From contig JAYWIR010000038.1 in the NCBI GenBank assembly GCA_036172245.1, positions 1,364,001 to 1,428,000 on the forward strand: a DNA stretch of 64,000 nucleotides. Reading direction: 5' to 3'. The notes beneath the pieces were generated by a model. That model searched no databases and was not told where the DNA came from. It saw only the letters and a program-made list of their open reading frames with translations. A program made the position numbers and the translations under genes. Source of the stretch: Raillietiella orientalis. Its lineage: Eukaryota. Each line of letters starts with the position of its first letter. Positions within the stretch are counted from its first letter, which is position 1. Of this stretch, positions 1 to 11,674 are shown in pieces.

Positions 1-1189
1 AGGGGGGAACGGACTGGTTTGTCCCCTCTTCCGAAAGACGCTCTCCGCTTCCAGCTCGGCTGCCCCCAGTTCGTCCTTCGGAGAGGGCGCTCCCCTGTCG
101 GACCAGTCGACACCGGTTTTTCGCGCTGACTCGTCCGGTGGGCTGCAGAATTCCCCTCCTCCCACCTCCCCCTCACACCCACACACGGCCATCCCACGGT
201 CGGACCCTGCTTGAACCGCCGGCCGATGGGGAAGGGGGATAATTCCAAAGGTTCTGCTCATCGCGGATGAGTTCCGCCCGCTGCTGATCACACCCTCCCC
301 ACCATCACCCTTCCAGGATCGCCGCACCTGCTTTCGAGAGGCTGGCAGACTACCTCCGGGGCCACAGGCTGGAAGTCGCGTTCGGGAAGGCGACGGTCGC
401 AGACCGGGGAACGCGCGGGAGGCGCGACACCCTCCCCCCTTCACGCACGCGCAGGGCAAGTCACGCGCGGCGACCATCTCGATCTCCTGTGAGTCTCCTG
501 CGTCTCGCGAGAAGGCTGTTGCCCCGAGTCTTGGAGACATCATTCACCAGCAGCAGATTTATTGCCCGGAGATGCCGGCGGACAATTGTCTTCGGTGTAC
601 TTCTGTGCACGACATTCGATCCCTAATTGATGTCCTCCTCGCTGACTCCGAGAGTCTCGAGGGAGAGAGATGGAATGCATCTTGATCCGCCCCCTGGATG
701 TATCAATTTCGAAAGGCGGCCGAGCCTCATTGTAGCCAAGGAGACGATCGCGTCGAAAAAGCTGCTTTCCGGCTTCTGACACCCCTCCCTTCTCTCGCAC
801 CATCTTCCCAGAATCGTCCCTCCGGCAGGTAGGACCCCGACCAACCCGGAAGCGGGTCGGAAGGGGCAGGGGTGCCCTTCCAAGGGGCACAAACACCCCC
901 TTTGACGACGGTCTTGCCCCAGGAATCCCCTCCTAGGAGTGCGCGATTTTCCGGAGAGCATCCGGGAGTGAGCTCCTCTCTGGTCAGGGTCGTATTGGGA
1001 TGAATTCGGCGAGCGAGGGAACCGCCGCCGTACTTGCAGCCGCGGGCCGGAGTTTGCCCTCCAGCCTGCTCGCTTGCGATGCGAGCAGGAAAAGAACCCG
1101 CGGCGACCTACGCTCTGGGTGATCCACTGCCACAGAGAAGCCGTCGGGAACGAGGGAGACCCGAAGGCGCCCGCGTCCCGCGCTGAGGA

Positions 1190-1698
1190 CGGATGGAGCG
1201 GTCGCCGGGATTCGGGGAACGCGCGGCGGATTCCGGTTACGTGAGGAGGGAGGGAGGATAGGAAGGGAATTCTTCCTTTCCCGAGGGAGTGCCGGGACGC
1301 GAAAAGCAAATCGGAAGGACTCCCTGCCAGACCCGCACCCTGGAGGCGCCGGCCCACTGCTGCGGAGGGAGAGGCGCTTCCTTGCGTTCGTCTCCGGGCC
1401 ACCCGACCCAGAGAAGCATCTGCAGGAGTCCGACGGAGGGAATTCCAAGCGTCCTCTCTTCGTGAAGGAAGACCGGGGTGCGAGGTCGAGGAGGCGAGGA
1501 ATCCAGGTGACGCGAGGGATGGACGCCAGCGGACTCCGGGAACAGAAGAGAGCCGGAGGCGCCCGAGTTCCGCGCAGAAGGCGGATGGAGCGATCGCCGG
1601 GATTCAAGGAGGGCGTGGTGGATTCCCGGTTGCATGTGGAGGAAGGGAGGGGAGAGGAAGAGGAATTCTTCCCTTCCGGAGGGAGCGCCGGGACGCGA
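1190..1698. repeat. Diverged ~115-bp direct repeat (1190-1302 and 1582-1698)
   Basis: Both copies read CGGATGGAGCG-TCGCCGGGATTC...GGAATTCTTCC-TTCC-GAGGGAG-GCCGGGACGCGA. Confidence 0.75.
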
Positions 1699-3099
1699 CA
1701 GGAGAATCCTAACGGGGTAGCGCTCCCTCTGGACTGCGGCGACGGGCCGTTGCCTTGCGAGGGCGTGCACCGGGCAGCGCGCACGGTCTTGGGCGGGGAA
1801 TCCGAGTTCCCAAATTGGAGGGAGGGCTGAACACGTCGAAGGAGGCCGGGTCTCCATGGAGGCCGGTCGTCTGACCGCGCGCCCGTGGCGTCCGCGACCG
1901 ACCGAAGGTCGGACCTCGGTTCTTCGTCGTCGCTCACCCGCACGGTGCGCTCCCGGTCACCAGGGAACGGCGAGGGCGTCCCTACGCGTCCACAGCGTCT
2001 CTCCTTCCTTACTTCCCCTCCCCTCTCCCGTCCACCCGCAGTTAACGCCGGAGTGAACTGACGCGTGGTGGACGGAGTGCTGTCCACGTGCGCCGCCGCA
2101 GGTCCGCTAATTGCACGCTGACACCCCCTCCCCTCCTTCGCCTTCCTCCGCGAGGTGAAACAATGGGCTCCTTTCATCCTCTTTTGCAAAGATGAAACTT
2201 TTCGTCCCGGCGCGACCTTTCCCCCTAACGATGGCCCTTTCATACGGGCGCCCAGCGTGGGGGAGCGGCATGCCACCGGTGCTTTCGGCTGCGGCGCTGC
2301 TGCTTCCTCTCTCCCGCCGGCGGGAACGGCTGCTCCTGCCAGTGTTTCAATGGACGCCGGCAGTAATTTCTGCGGCCGCTGAAAAATTCCACAAGGACTG
2401 CGCGTTTTGGAATTCATCTTTCCTGACGATTAGCGTCCATCGCCCCACCCCCGCTCCCCCGTCCGGCGCGCCACAATTGGTCTGTCATTTCCCTTTCAAT
2501 CCTTACAATGTAACTGTTTAAGCCGAGCTGAATGCCTTCCGAAATGGGAGACGAGTCCCCTTTGTTCCAGGCGAACGAGCGAGTGTTTACAAAGTACGGC
2601 GGCCTCCATTCCTATGCGGAGGGACGCACGCCGGAACTCGCCACCCCCGCCTCCGGGACACCCCCAGATGCCCCGAGGTGCTCTCGCCTGGCGTTGGCTT
2701 CGCACGCCGGACATCCTCGACCGCCTCCTCCCCTGCTCTCCTTCCAGGGAAGCCTCTCGCACCCGTTCTTCAGAAGGCAAGGCGAGGAAGGCGGGATTCG
2801 GGTGCGACCAGAGCAGACGGCAGGTCGCTGCGGATTCTTTTCCTGCTCGCATCTCCCGGAGAGGCTGTTGCACCCTCCTTGAGCTGTTTGAGGGTGCGAG
2901 GCGGCGGAGTCGCCTCCGCACCTCACGGTGCCCCGTAAGGACGTCCGACGGCGACTCGCTTCGGGCGGTCCGCCACCCGGAGGACACTGCAGTGGATTCG
3001 CTGTGGCGGTTTCCTCACTCAAGGCAGGCCCACCGCGGGTGCCGTGATCGCCATGCGATGCTGAGCATCCGCGGTGGAGTCGCGCTCGCAACCAAGAGG

Positions 3100-3560
3100 G
3101 GGCCACCTTAACAGAAGCCTCCCTGGTGGAGGCGGCTACAAGGCGGTTTCACCTGCTAGAAGAACAAGTGCGTCAAGGAGAGCTCCAGCATTCGCGTCCG
3201 ATTCCATGAAGTGAGGAGTGGTTCACATCAGAGACCTCTGTCCCTTCCCCCCTTTGTAGCCACATTCCTTCGGATGGACGACGAACAGGAAGGCCGCGTG
3301 GTTCCGAACGGATGGGTTCGAAGACTTGAGTGGCAACAGAATCTGTGGAACGAGGGCAGCGTACGACCGCTGACAGCCCTCTTGCGAACCGAACCTCCCG
3401 GTTTCCGGATGCGCAAAAGGAAGTCTCTGAGGATGGAATGTTTTTGCTGCTAAACAGCTAAAGGACGAACCCTTTCCGGTCGGTCGCCGTCCAAACCCGG
3501 GAGCTCCAGCGCTCTCACGGCAGCCAGAGGGCGTTGGCTAGAATGAGGAAGGGGCGGTCT
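3100..3560 (+). mobile_element. Decayed BEL/Pao LTR retrotransposon relic (integrase C-terminal region)
   Basis: PPWW-like segment near 3115 (cf. APWWGG), then ORF 3211-3453 with QRPLS...TFL...QNLWNEGSVRPLTAL, resembling NSRPL...HFL...FWxRWxxEYLxxL. Heavily mutated. Confidence 0.4.
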
Positions 3561-4149
3561 TGGCCTGGGATTCCCCTTCGGAGGCAACCAGGGAGGGGGC
3601 AGAGAGGACGAGATCAGGGCGAGCTGCAGAACTTCGTGCTATGTGTCCTTCGCGAGCGTCTCACCTGTGCCGCGCCGAGTTTGGGAAGCCCGAACCCGGC
3701 AGGAGAGATCCAAGAAGTCGGCGCCATGGGCGGTGACGAGTCCCGGCCAGGGAGATCGCCAGAAGGCAGCTTCGGCTGTAGAAAGAAAGGAGCACCTGAA
3801 CTGAAAGACCTCCTGTCCCTTATTTTTCACTTTATTCATGTTCTCCTCCCTCCCACTCCAGTCTTCTTCAGAATCCGGCCTGCGAGCTGGCAGTCGTCCC
3901 CAGGGAACTTCTTTTTTTCCTTTGCCCCACTTGCAGTTTCTTTATTTCCCGATGCACGTCCCAGAGTGAGCGGGTGAGAACTTTGAAAGGTCGGGAGCGT
4001 CTTCGCTGGGAGTCTGGAGCTTCGCTCGCTATCCCTCTAGCGCGCCCACTATCTCGCCACTGTAGCCTCCCTTCGGGGAGCTACTTCCGGATCTGCGGCG
4101 CCCTTTCCATCCGGCGAGGAGAACCGGGAACTTCGATTAATTTCAGGAA

Positions 4150-4690
4150 ACCGTTCTCACTTGTGCCAAGAATGAGACCGGAGATGCGGCAGCGACTGCT
4201 GCTGCACTAGGACATCCCGTTCAACGCCTACCGGTCTCATTGGACCCAGGGAGCTATGGACCCCAGCTGTTGCAGCTGCGGAAAACTGGAATCCTTCTTG
4301 TAGACTGCCTTGCCCTCTGGCCCCTATGATTGCGTTATGTAACGGCTCTTGGTGCACCGACGGACAATCCCAGGGATGCCTCTTCGTGCGGGACGCCCTT
4401 TCGCCTGCAGCATATTAAGCAGCTCTTTGCTGCTGCCCACGTGGGATTGTGGCGGCCTAGAGCTACGCGAGAGGAGGATGGCGTGATAGACACACCATCT
4501 GCTTCACCCTGTGCTTCCTGAGGACGGCAGCAAGATGGCCCATTTGGGACAAAATCAGAAGGAACTTGCCGGCATTCTGGAAAGGATGCGGAAGACGCCC
4601 TCCAGCAGACAGCGATCTTTTCCCTAATCCTCCCATTTTTTTTTGTATATAGTCCTTTGTTTTATTTTTATTTCTGTTTGCCCCCTCCCC
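4150..4690 (+). mobile_element. L1/Tx1-like LINE 3' end relic (zinc knuckle plus T-rich 3' region)
   Basis: From 4256 reads MDPSCCSCGKLES...VDCLAL, matching related copies at ~31260-31357 (-) and ~42312 (+). T-rich tail at 4620-4690. Confidence 0.5.
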
Positions 4691-5869
4691 CTCAGCTGCC
4701 GAGGCGAACTTCGCTGGCCTGCGTGCCGGCTACTCGGCGGGTTCGGATCATTTTCGGACAATGTAGGGCCGATGCCCCTACACATGTATGTGGATTTTTT
4801 ATAATAAATGTCCCGGCGTGACTGGGCGATAAACCAACTTCACCTACACCTACCGAGGAGCCCCGCGGCAGGACGCCGGCCAGGTCGCTGACCGACAGGC
4901 GGAGGAAGAAGCCTCGGGCAGGACGCCGGACGTCGGCAACCGGAGCGAGCCGCAGCGACGAAAAGAGCAAGGGTAAGGCGAAGAAGGGAAGAAGTCGCTT
5001 CCCGCCGCAGGTGCAGCAGTCCGCTTTCCGCTTCGGCGGCTCGCGCGTGCGGGGAAGGAAAGAACCTGGAAAGGAGCCAGGTAGGTTCGACTGCGCGCGT
5101 CCCCTGTGCGGAGGGTGGCGACTGCGGGGGCGACCCGAGGCTTCAGCGAGCGTCCCGGCTCGAATGTGCAATCGCTCCCTCGAATAGCTAAATGGCCCGC
5201 GCGGACTCCCCACCTGTGCGACCCCGCACCACCCGAAGCGATCCTGCTCGGACGTCCTTGCAGCTCGTCGTCCATCCACCCGCTTCCTCCTCGGAGCTTC
5301 CCGAGCCAGAGACCCGTCCTGTTCCCCTGGTGCGACAGACAAGGGGAAAGCGCTGTTGGTTGCTGCGCGCGTGCGTTTGCAAGGGGTTGCACTCGTTTCA
5401 TTCTCTTGTTAGCGTGTGCCTTCGTGCTGCGCGCGCACGAAGCGCGACACGTTTACCCTCCCTTTCCCCATCTCCACCTTCCAGCTTCCGGCCGACGCCG
5501 ATTCGCTCACCTGGCGAATCGGCATCGAATCGCGAGGTGCTCAGTGGAGGAAACGCGGGAACAGGAACTTTGAAGAAGCTGGACCAGGAGCGAAGCAACC
5601 TCGCCGCTCCTGCCAGGAACTGAAGAATTCCCTCCAGATTCCTTCCGCTCAAGAACTCACCGCCGCTCGCTCCACGTGGGGTGATGCGAACTACGCTCCG
5701 TCTTCCGCGGGGGCCGGATGCCTCCCGTCGGCCGGGGGTTCCTGTCTTGTGAACAGTCCCGTCGTCTTGGGGCACGCCGCTCGTGCCAGCGGGTAGCCAC
5801 GTCTGGAAAGAGGAAGATTCCCTATTCCCGCACCCGGGGAGGTCACCCGCAGTTACGAGCCAGAGCTCA

Positions 5870-6100
5870 TGGTATCGTGTAGGCGCGTTCGTCTCCAGGG
5901 GAAGAGTGGAGTACGCGGAGCAAACGAAGGTCGCGAGCAATCAGGTGCCTCAGGGATCTCCAAGTTTCACCTCGGCAGGAAGCGCTCATTCATTCTGCCT
6001 GTGCGCTTCCGGGTGCCTCCGTTCATACGAAGGATCTCTCCGGAAGTTGCCATGGAGATCTTTTAGGAACGGGTACCGCCTATTTCTCCCTGGTCCAACG
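5870..6100 (+). mobile_element. Decayed BEL/Pao gag-like relic
   Basis: ISKFHL...SPEVAMEIF*ER resembles the BEL gag (DUF1759) pattern KFxYL...NYxxAxxILxERY. Confidence 0.3.
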
Positions 6101-7033
6101 CACTCATAGAGACAGTTCGTTTAGCGTGAGAGCTCGTGAAGGACCGCTCCCTCACCACAGGTAGGATGCGAGATGCTGGATCTTCTACGTCTGGCACCGC
6201 TGGACCAAAAGCAGATGAGGAAAGCTCCACGTGACACTTCCCTCCTTTTGATCACCGAAAAAGTGCCACAGCATCCACTGGGACGGATGGATGAATCGGT
6301 GGAATAAAACTGTCAATGGAGATGTCATGTTGCCTTATTGATGGAGGCTGCTTTTTCTCCACCACCGTGCGTAAGCAGGTTCTCGTGAATGCTGAAAAAA
6401 GCCATTGTGATGGCTATTCTCAAAGGGACAATCGTCGTCTTGTGGGATGGGCTCCGCACGGACGTGGTCAGCATGCTGGCCAGGAGATCCCCACGGCTGC
6501 GGATCAGCAAGCGAAGAACGCCCTTTTTTTTTTTTGACCTGGCCGCGGAGGCCTGCAGTCGTTTCCGGAAGAGGGACGGCGCTTCCACAGATGCCTGCAG
6601 TGCTGGCGCCATCTTCCCACCTTCCTGGTGTCTAGTCACCGAACTCTGTGGGATGGGAGAACACTCGCCGATACGAAGCCCTAGATGGGGACTGCGCTCT
6701 GAGTAGGTGATGAGAAGAGAGGGGCGGGCGAGACCTCCTTGCAGATGCCGAAACCCTCGTCAAGTGCAGAAGAGACACTCCCCTCGCATAGGCCGGAGCG
6801 ACATCGAGAGAGATGAGAACGCATCCTTTGAGAGCATCTCTTGGGCTCGAGGTTGGACGGAAGTCAGTAGCGCCGTGCCCATCCAACGGTCAGGACAAGG
6901 CGGCGCGTTCTTCGCTGTCGATAAGAGGACAATAAAAGACGTGTCTGAGGGAGAGGTTTAACGTGAAAGACGTTATTCAACTTTTCAAGAGGCCATTTGG
7001 AGAAGGCTAGGGCAGGTGGCATTCCACGGGAAC

Positions 7034-8270
7034 TCAGAGGAGCACGAGAGGGGGAGGAACCTGTGGCATGTTCCTGGGCGAGGGCGCTGCTGCATGCCGT
7101 TCCAACCGCCCGGCAGCTGATCCTTCCCACCAGGGCTTCTGAGTGCTCCCGCGACCCAGTCCTCGCCTGGACGGCGTTCCTCGAGCGCAGCGCGGATAGG
7201 TGCAGTACGAGCGAAGATGGGCACGGCAGGCCCCGTTTCCATTGGCTCCCCCTCTCCGTCCGCAGATGCTCAGTTCGAACGCGCACTCACGATCCAGTAT
7301 ATCACGTGTCGCTGATGACTGGATGTGGCCGGATGCCCATCTCTCATTCCGCATTCGTGCAGCGTAGTGCTTTTTCTTTCTTTCCTTCTCTCTCTTTTCC
7401 TCCTCTTTTTTTTTTGCGCCATCTCGAACTGGAAGAGCAAGATGGTTGCTGCGACTTCCCAGTTCCCTCAGCAAAGGTGTGTATCGGTCACGAGCCAAGC
7501 GGCAAGGCGCCAGTCCGGTAGCCCCCTCCTCTTTCCGCAGCGCGGAAGGGGCAAAAAGCGCTTCGCCGGCAGGGCGGACCCCAGCGCCCTGGCAACCAGC
7601 GAACGTTCTGGAAGCGCCCCTTGATCGCAGGAGGCTCTTGGCATGCTGCTCCTCGCCACAGTGCTCAGATATGCTGTCGAAGGCAGGCAGTGGCGACGAG
7701 CGTCTCCGGACGCAGCGGTTCCTCCGCAGAAAGTCCCGTGCGCCCCTGCTTTTTGGTGCTTGCTGGGGAGGCGAACCGTTTTTCGACTCTTCCACCTTGC
7801 CATCCGCCACTCCCTGAACGCGGGGGAGTAGCCCCCAGAAAACATCCGCAGCTATATCTCCGGCAATGGGGGCACCTGACCTGTCTCTGCTATCTATGCG
7901 GGTCCCGCGCAGCAAGGCTTGCGTGGTCGGCCTTGCTGCGAGGGACCATTTTCACAGCCAGAGGGAAATCCCGAAGGGCTCCTTGATTTCCAGAAGGATC
8001 ACGGAGAGTCCAAGGTCAGCGGAAAACTCGGAATCCACAAGACACTCCCCATCAACCTTTCCCCAGGCAGGACTCGAAGCCGCAACGTTCGGAGCCACGC
8101 ACGAAGGCCGCGGCACGCAGCCAACGCGGGTCTGGTTGCGGGAGCATGCGAATCCCGCGTGTTCAGCCGGACATCCTCATTCTCTCCCACCGCGGCTTCT
8201 GGAGACGTATTTCGTCGCGAGATCACGTTCTCTGCGGCTTTTCTCTGCCGTCTCCGCGGAAACTTGCTCA
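7034..8270 (-). mobile_element. Very decayed non-LTR (L1/Tx1-like) reverse transcriptase relic
   Basis: Minus-strand remnants in the expected order: ...SGFPSG (cf. FGFP after DFxKAFD), then DRSGAPIAG (cf. RQGCPLS). No intact catalytic motif. Confidence 0.3.
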
Positions 8271-8439
8271 AGGCGTCAGCATCCTAGGGGTCCTCTTCGG
8301 TCTCCCGAAGCCTGCGGGCAAGGCATCACGCCGAAGAAGCAGATCTGCTTCTCCGCTTTTTTCTTCGGCTTCCTTTCCTTTTCGGTTCGCTAAGTACCCC
8401 CGGGAACCGTCCGTTCACGCTGGTAGGGGTCGTTCGAAG

Positions 8440-8912
8440 CGGCTCGACGGTGCCTCTACAGGGGGTCACGCGGCTCTTCAAATGAGGTCACGCCACCCGA
8501 GGGTGCGTGCAGCTCCGCCTCGGTGCAAGCCCTGATGGGAAACCAGCCCCTCAGCATGCTCCCCACGAACCGGAGGAAAACCCCGATGACGCGATGCGGG
8601 GCACCCGGAGATGGGGGTCGATGCCATGAGAAATGCTGGAGGGGAGCCCAGAGGTCCGTGACCCCTGGAAACAACCCGGAGGGCGCGCACCCCCAGTTCC
8701 GGCTGGTCAACGGGGGCATCCGGCCTCCAGCGAGCGGTCTTTCCCGAAGTGCCACATTCGAAGTCCGGAGCGTCCTTTTGCAGGGAAAGGGGGGAGGGAG
8801 GGGGGAGGGTCTGGGAACCCACAACGCGTTCCTTTTCGGGGCCGGCCCCTCCCCAGGTGGGAATTGAAGCCTGCGGCGCCAGGTGTAGCCGCAGTCTCAC
8901 AGCCGCGAACGA
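8440..8912 (-). mobile_element. tRNA-headed SINE-like repeat, copy 1
   Basis: The minus strand has a decayed head (GGCTTCAATTCCC, B-box-like), family body and the tail GCACCCTCGGGTGGCGT...GAAGAGC shared with the other copies. Confidence 0.55.
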
Positions 8913-11674
8913 GGGGAAAAAGTCGGTCCCATTTCGAATGTGCCTCTGCTTTTGAGAGCAGAGTGCGCTGGCGCATCTTTTCCCCGAGATACTCGGCTTC
9001 AGCTGCCTTCCCTCGTCCACGCTGGAGCTGCCCTTTGGAGATTCCTTCCGGCGTCGGGATGCGGGAATTGAAAGAGCAGGGACTGGGGTCACGGCGCTTC
9101 GTGGGGAAGATTCCTTCCCAAAGCCTGGAGTTGCTGGCTCTCTCCCAGAGTGCGCCCGATTCAGGATGCGGAGGGGGGTAAGGATGCTGGAGAGGACTTT
9201 CCACGCGGGCTGCCTTTGGGGTCAGGCAAGGAGTCAGGGGACCGCGAACTGCCCTCATGCGAGCGAGGAGCGCATTCTCCCGAGGGCAAGACCTTCGTAC
9301 AGCGTTCCAGGGCAAATTGGTGCTGCTCTCTTCCTCCTCTCGAGAGTCGTTTCTTGGAACGCGTTCTCGCTCCGGCCCGCTCCAGCCTTAAGATCTTCAC
9401 GAGTCCCGAGAGAAGTGGCTTTTCCTAGAATTGGTGGTTCACAAGGAAGAGAAAGGGAGAGTCGGTGAGACGAGCGGTCCAGGAGTGTCTTCGGAGGTGA
9501 GAGCGTTCCTTTACTCGGTGCCGGAGCCAACCTGCGGGCAGGGCATCCGGTTGTGGTTTCCATAGCGGATTCCCATGGAAGCCGCTGGTGCATCTCGCGC
9601 CGCCATCTGTCCTGCTGTCAAGAAAACGGATCCAGGTCGCTTCAAATGAGGTTGCCACGTGAGGGAGATGACGTTGGCCTGGAGGTCTGGTCTGATCCCC
9701 CTGGTCTCGGAGGTCATTTTATAGCCATTTTCTTGACCTTTGCTTGCCTCAGGGACTGCAAAGAGGTCCGCTTGCTCTTCCCCGGGTGGCATCCTTTTCC
9801 AAGGGGCTAAAGACGCGCTGGTTTCGGCAACGCTCGGACGGACCGCTCTCGAAAAAGGGAATAGGCGCCCTTACCCTGGGTGCAACACCTCTGTGGTTGG
9901 TCACTCAGTACCTCTGGGTAGTCCACGGCCCATTTCCGGTGTAGGACGTAAGCTTGGCAACGCTCCCCCGCTCCTTGCAGGGTGTTCTGCGGCCTTCACG
10001 GGGTGTCCTGCCACCGTCCCTATCCCAGTCCCCTACAATCCATCTTGCCTGTCGCTAAGATCCACCAGCCAATCAGAGACTGAGGCGTAGGAGGCTCTCC
10101 AGCCTGCGTCTGCCTGCAAGCAGGACGGCAGCCTGGCGCGGGCCTCCCTGGCGCCGCGCCATCCGGGGACCGAAGCAGCTTCCTTGGGTCTCCAAGCGGA
10201 ATTCCCCTTTACTCGATCCCTCCGTGACTCCTCGGAATCCTGGGCGCGGCTCAGCAGCAGCTCTTTAGGAACACCACTGGAAAAGAGGGAAACGAGGGGG
10301 TCAGGATTCTGCACTTTGGCAAGAAGTCTCCCAGGCGAAGGTGCGCCTGAGAGAGAAAAATGGCTGGGTGGAAGTCTGAAAGGAAAAAGACCAAACAAAC
10401 GAAAGAGGCAGAAGAGCGGGCTTGGTAAGTATTCTTCCCTTCCTCCACCTTTTTTCTTCCTTCTCCCTTCCTCCTCCTGAGAGAGGCGAAATGCAGGATC
10501 GGCAGGTTCACCTCCCTCTCATCCCCTCTTCCTTCTTTCTCTCCCTGGATAATTGGCGTTTCCCTCGAATCAATCTTCGTCCCGCGTGCGCAGAGACGTT
10601 CCGCGAGGTCTCCAAGTGCTCAGACGCGTCAAAACGCTTCAAGCAAACAGAGATGGATGAAGGCGGCGGCGGCGGACGCCGGTGGGGCGGTCGCTGGCAA
10701 AGGGACGGCCTCAGGGGCACCGCCACCGTCTCCTTCGTACGAAAGCAGTCCAGCCCTACCCCACCCTTCTGCGCGCGCGTCACCGCGGAGGCGTGTCTTC
10801 CACCTCCTAGAGTAGCTGTAGGATTCTCTCATCTCACGGCCTACCCTGAGCTCATGTGCAGGGGCGAGAACGGTTCTCCAGCCGCTTCCGTCCTCGCCCC
10901 TCCTTTTCCCCGATCCACCCCTTGCCCCTGGCAGGGGGTGAACCGAGACACGCGCGCCGGGAGGACGGTGGAGGGAGGAGAAGGATGGGGAAGATGCCCC
11001 CCATCTCGCAGTCGAACACGTAGGAGCGCCGCCACCGAAGAGACGCGGCAGGTCCTCCCGCCGGCCCCTCTCCGGGTTCGCCTCCTCTCCCGGGAAACCG
11101 CAAGCCAGCGGAGGGCCCGATGCCAGGTTCGGTGGACCAGTCCTTCTCCGAAGGGAAGGACGGGGCGATTCCGCTGGACAGAGCAGTAGAAAAGAGAGGG
11201 CGGGAGAGGGAGCTTCGCGGCTCCTCATTCCCCTTTCCATGGAGACTCAGCGGGAGCGATTCCGTGACGCGTTGCTGCGGCTGCGCAAACCACGGGAGTT
11301 TTCCCGGCAGTGCACGTGTGGGGTTAGGGGAATGGTGACGCCCCGGGGACTGTATCCCCGTCCTCTGCCCACCGACGGGCCTCCTTCCCCTCTCCCCCGG
11401 GAGATCCCGGCTCGGCGGGGAGACTTCGGCAACGCACGTGTCGGAGGAACGGGAGGAGGCCTTACCGGACAGGGTGCTCCAGCTGGAGGGAACAGTCCTA
11501 CTCCCGCCCCCCGCCGCTTCAGACCTGCCTTCCCCTCTCTCTCTCACTAGCAGGCGGATGGGGTGGCGGCGGAGGGGCGCGCTGCTCCCACCTTTGGGAT
11601 GTTCCCTTCCGGAAGACCTCGACCAAAAAGCGGCAACCCGAGAGGGTTGTTCCCCACCCCACCTCCCTGGGCTC

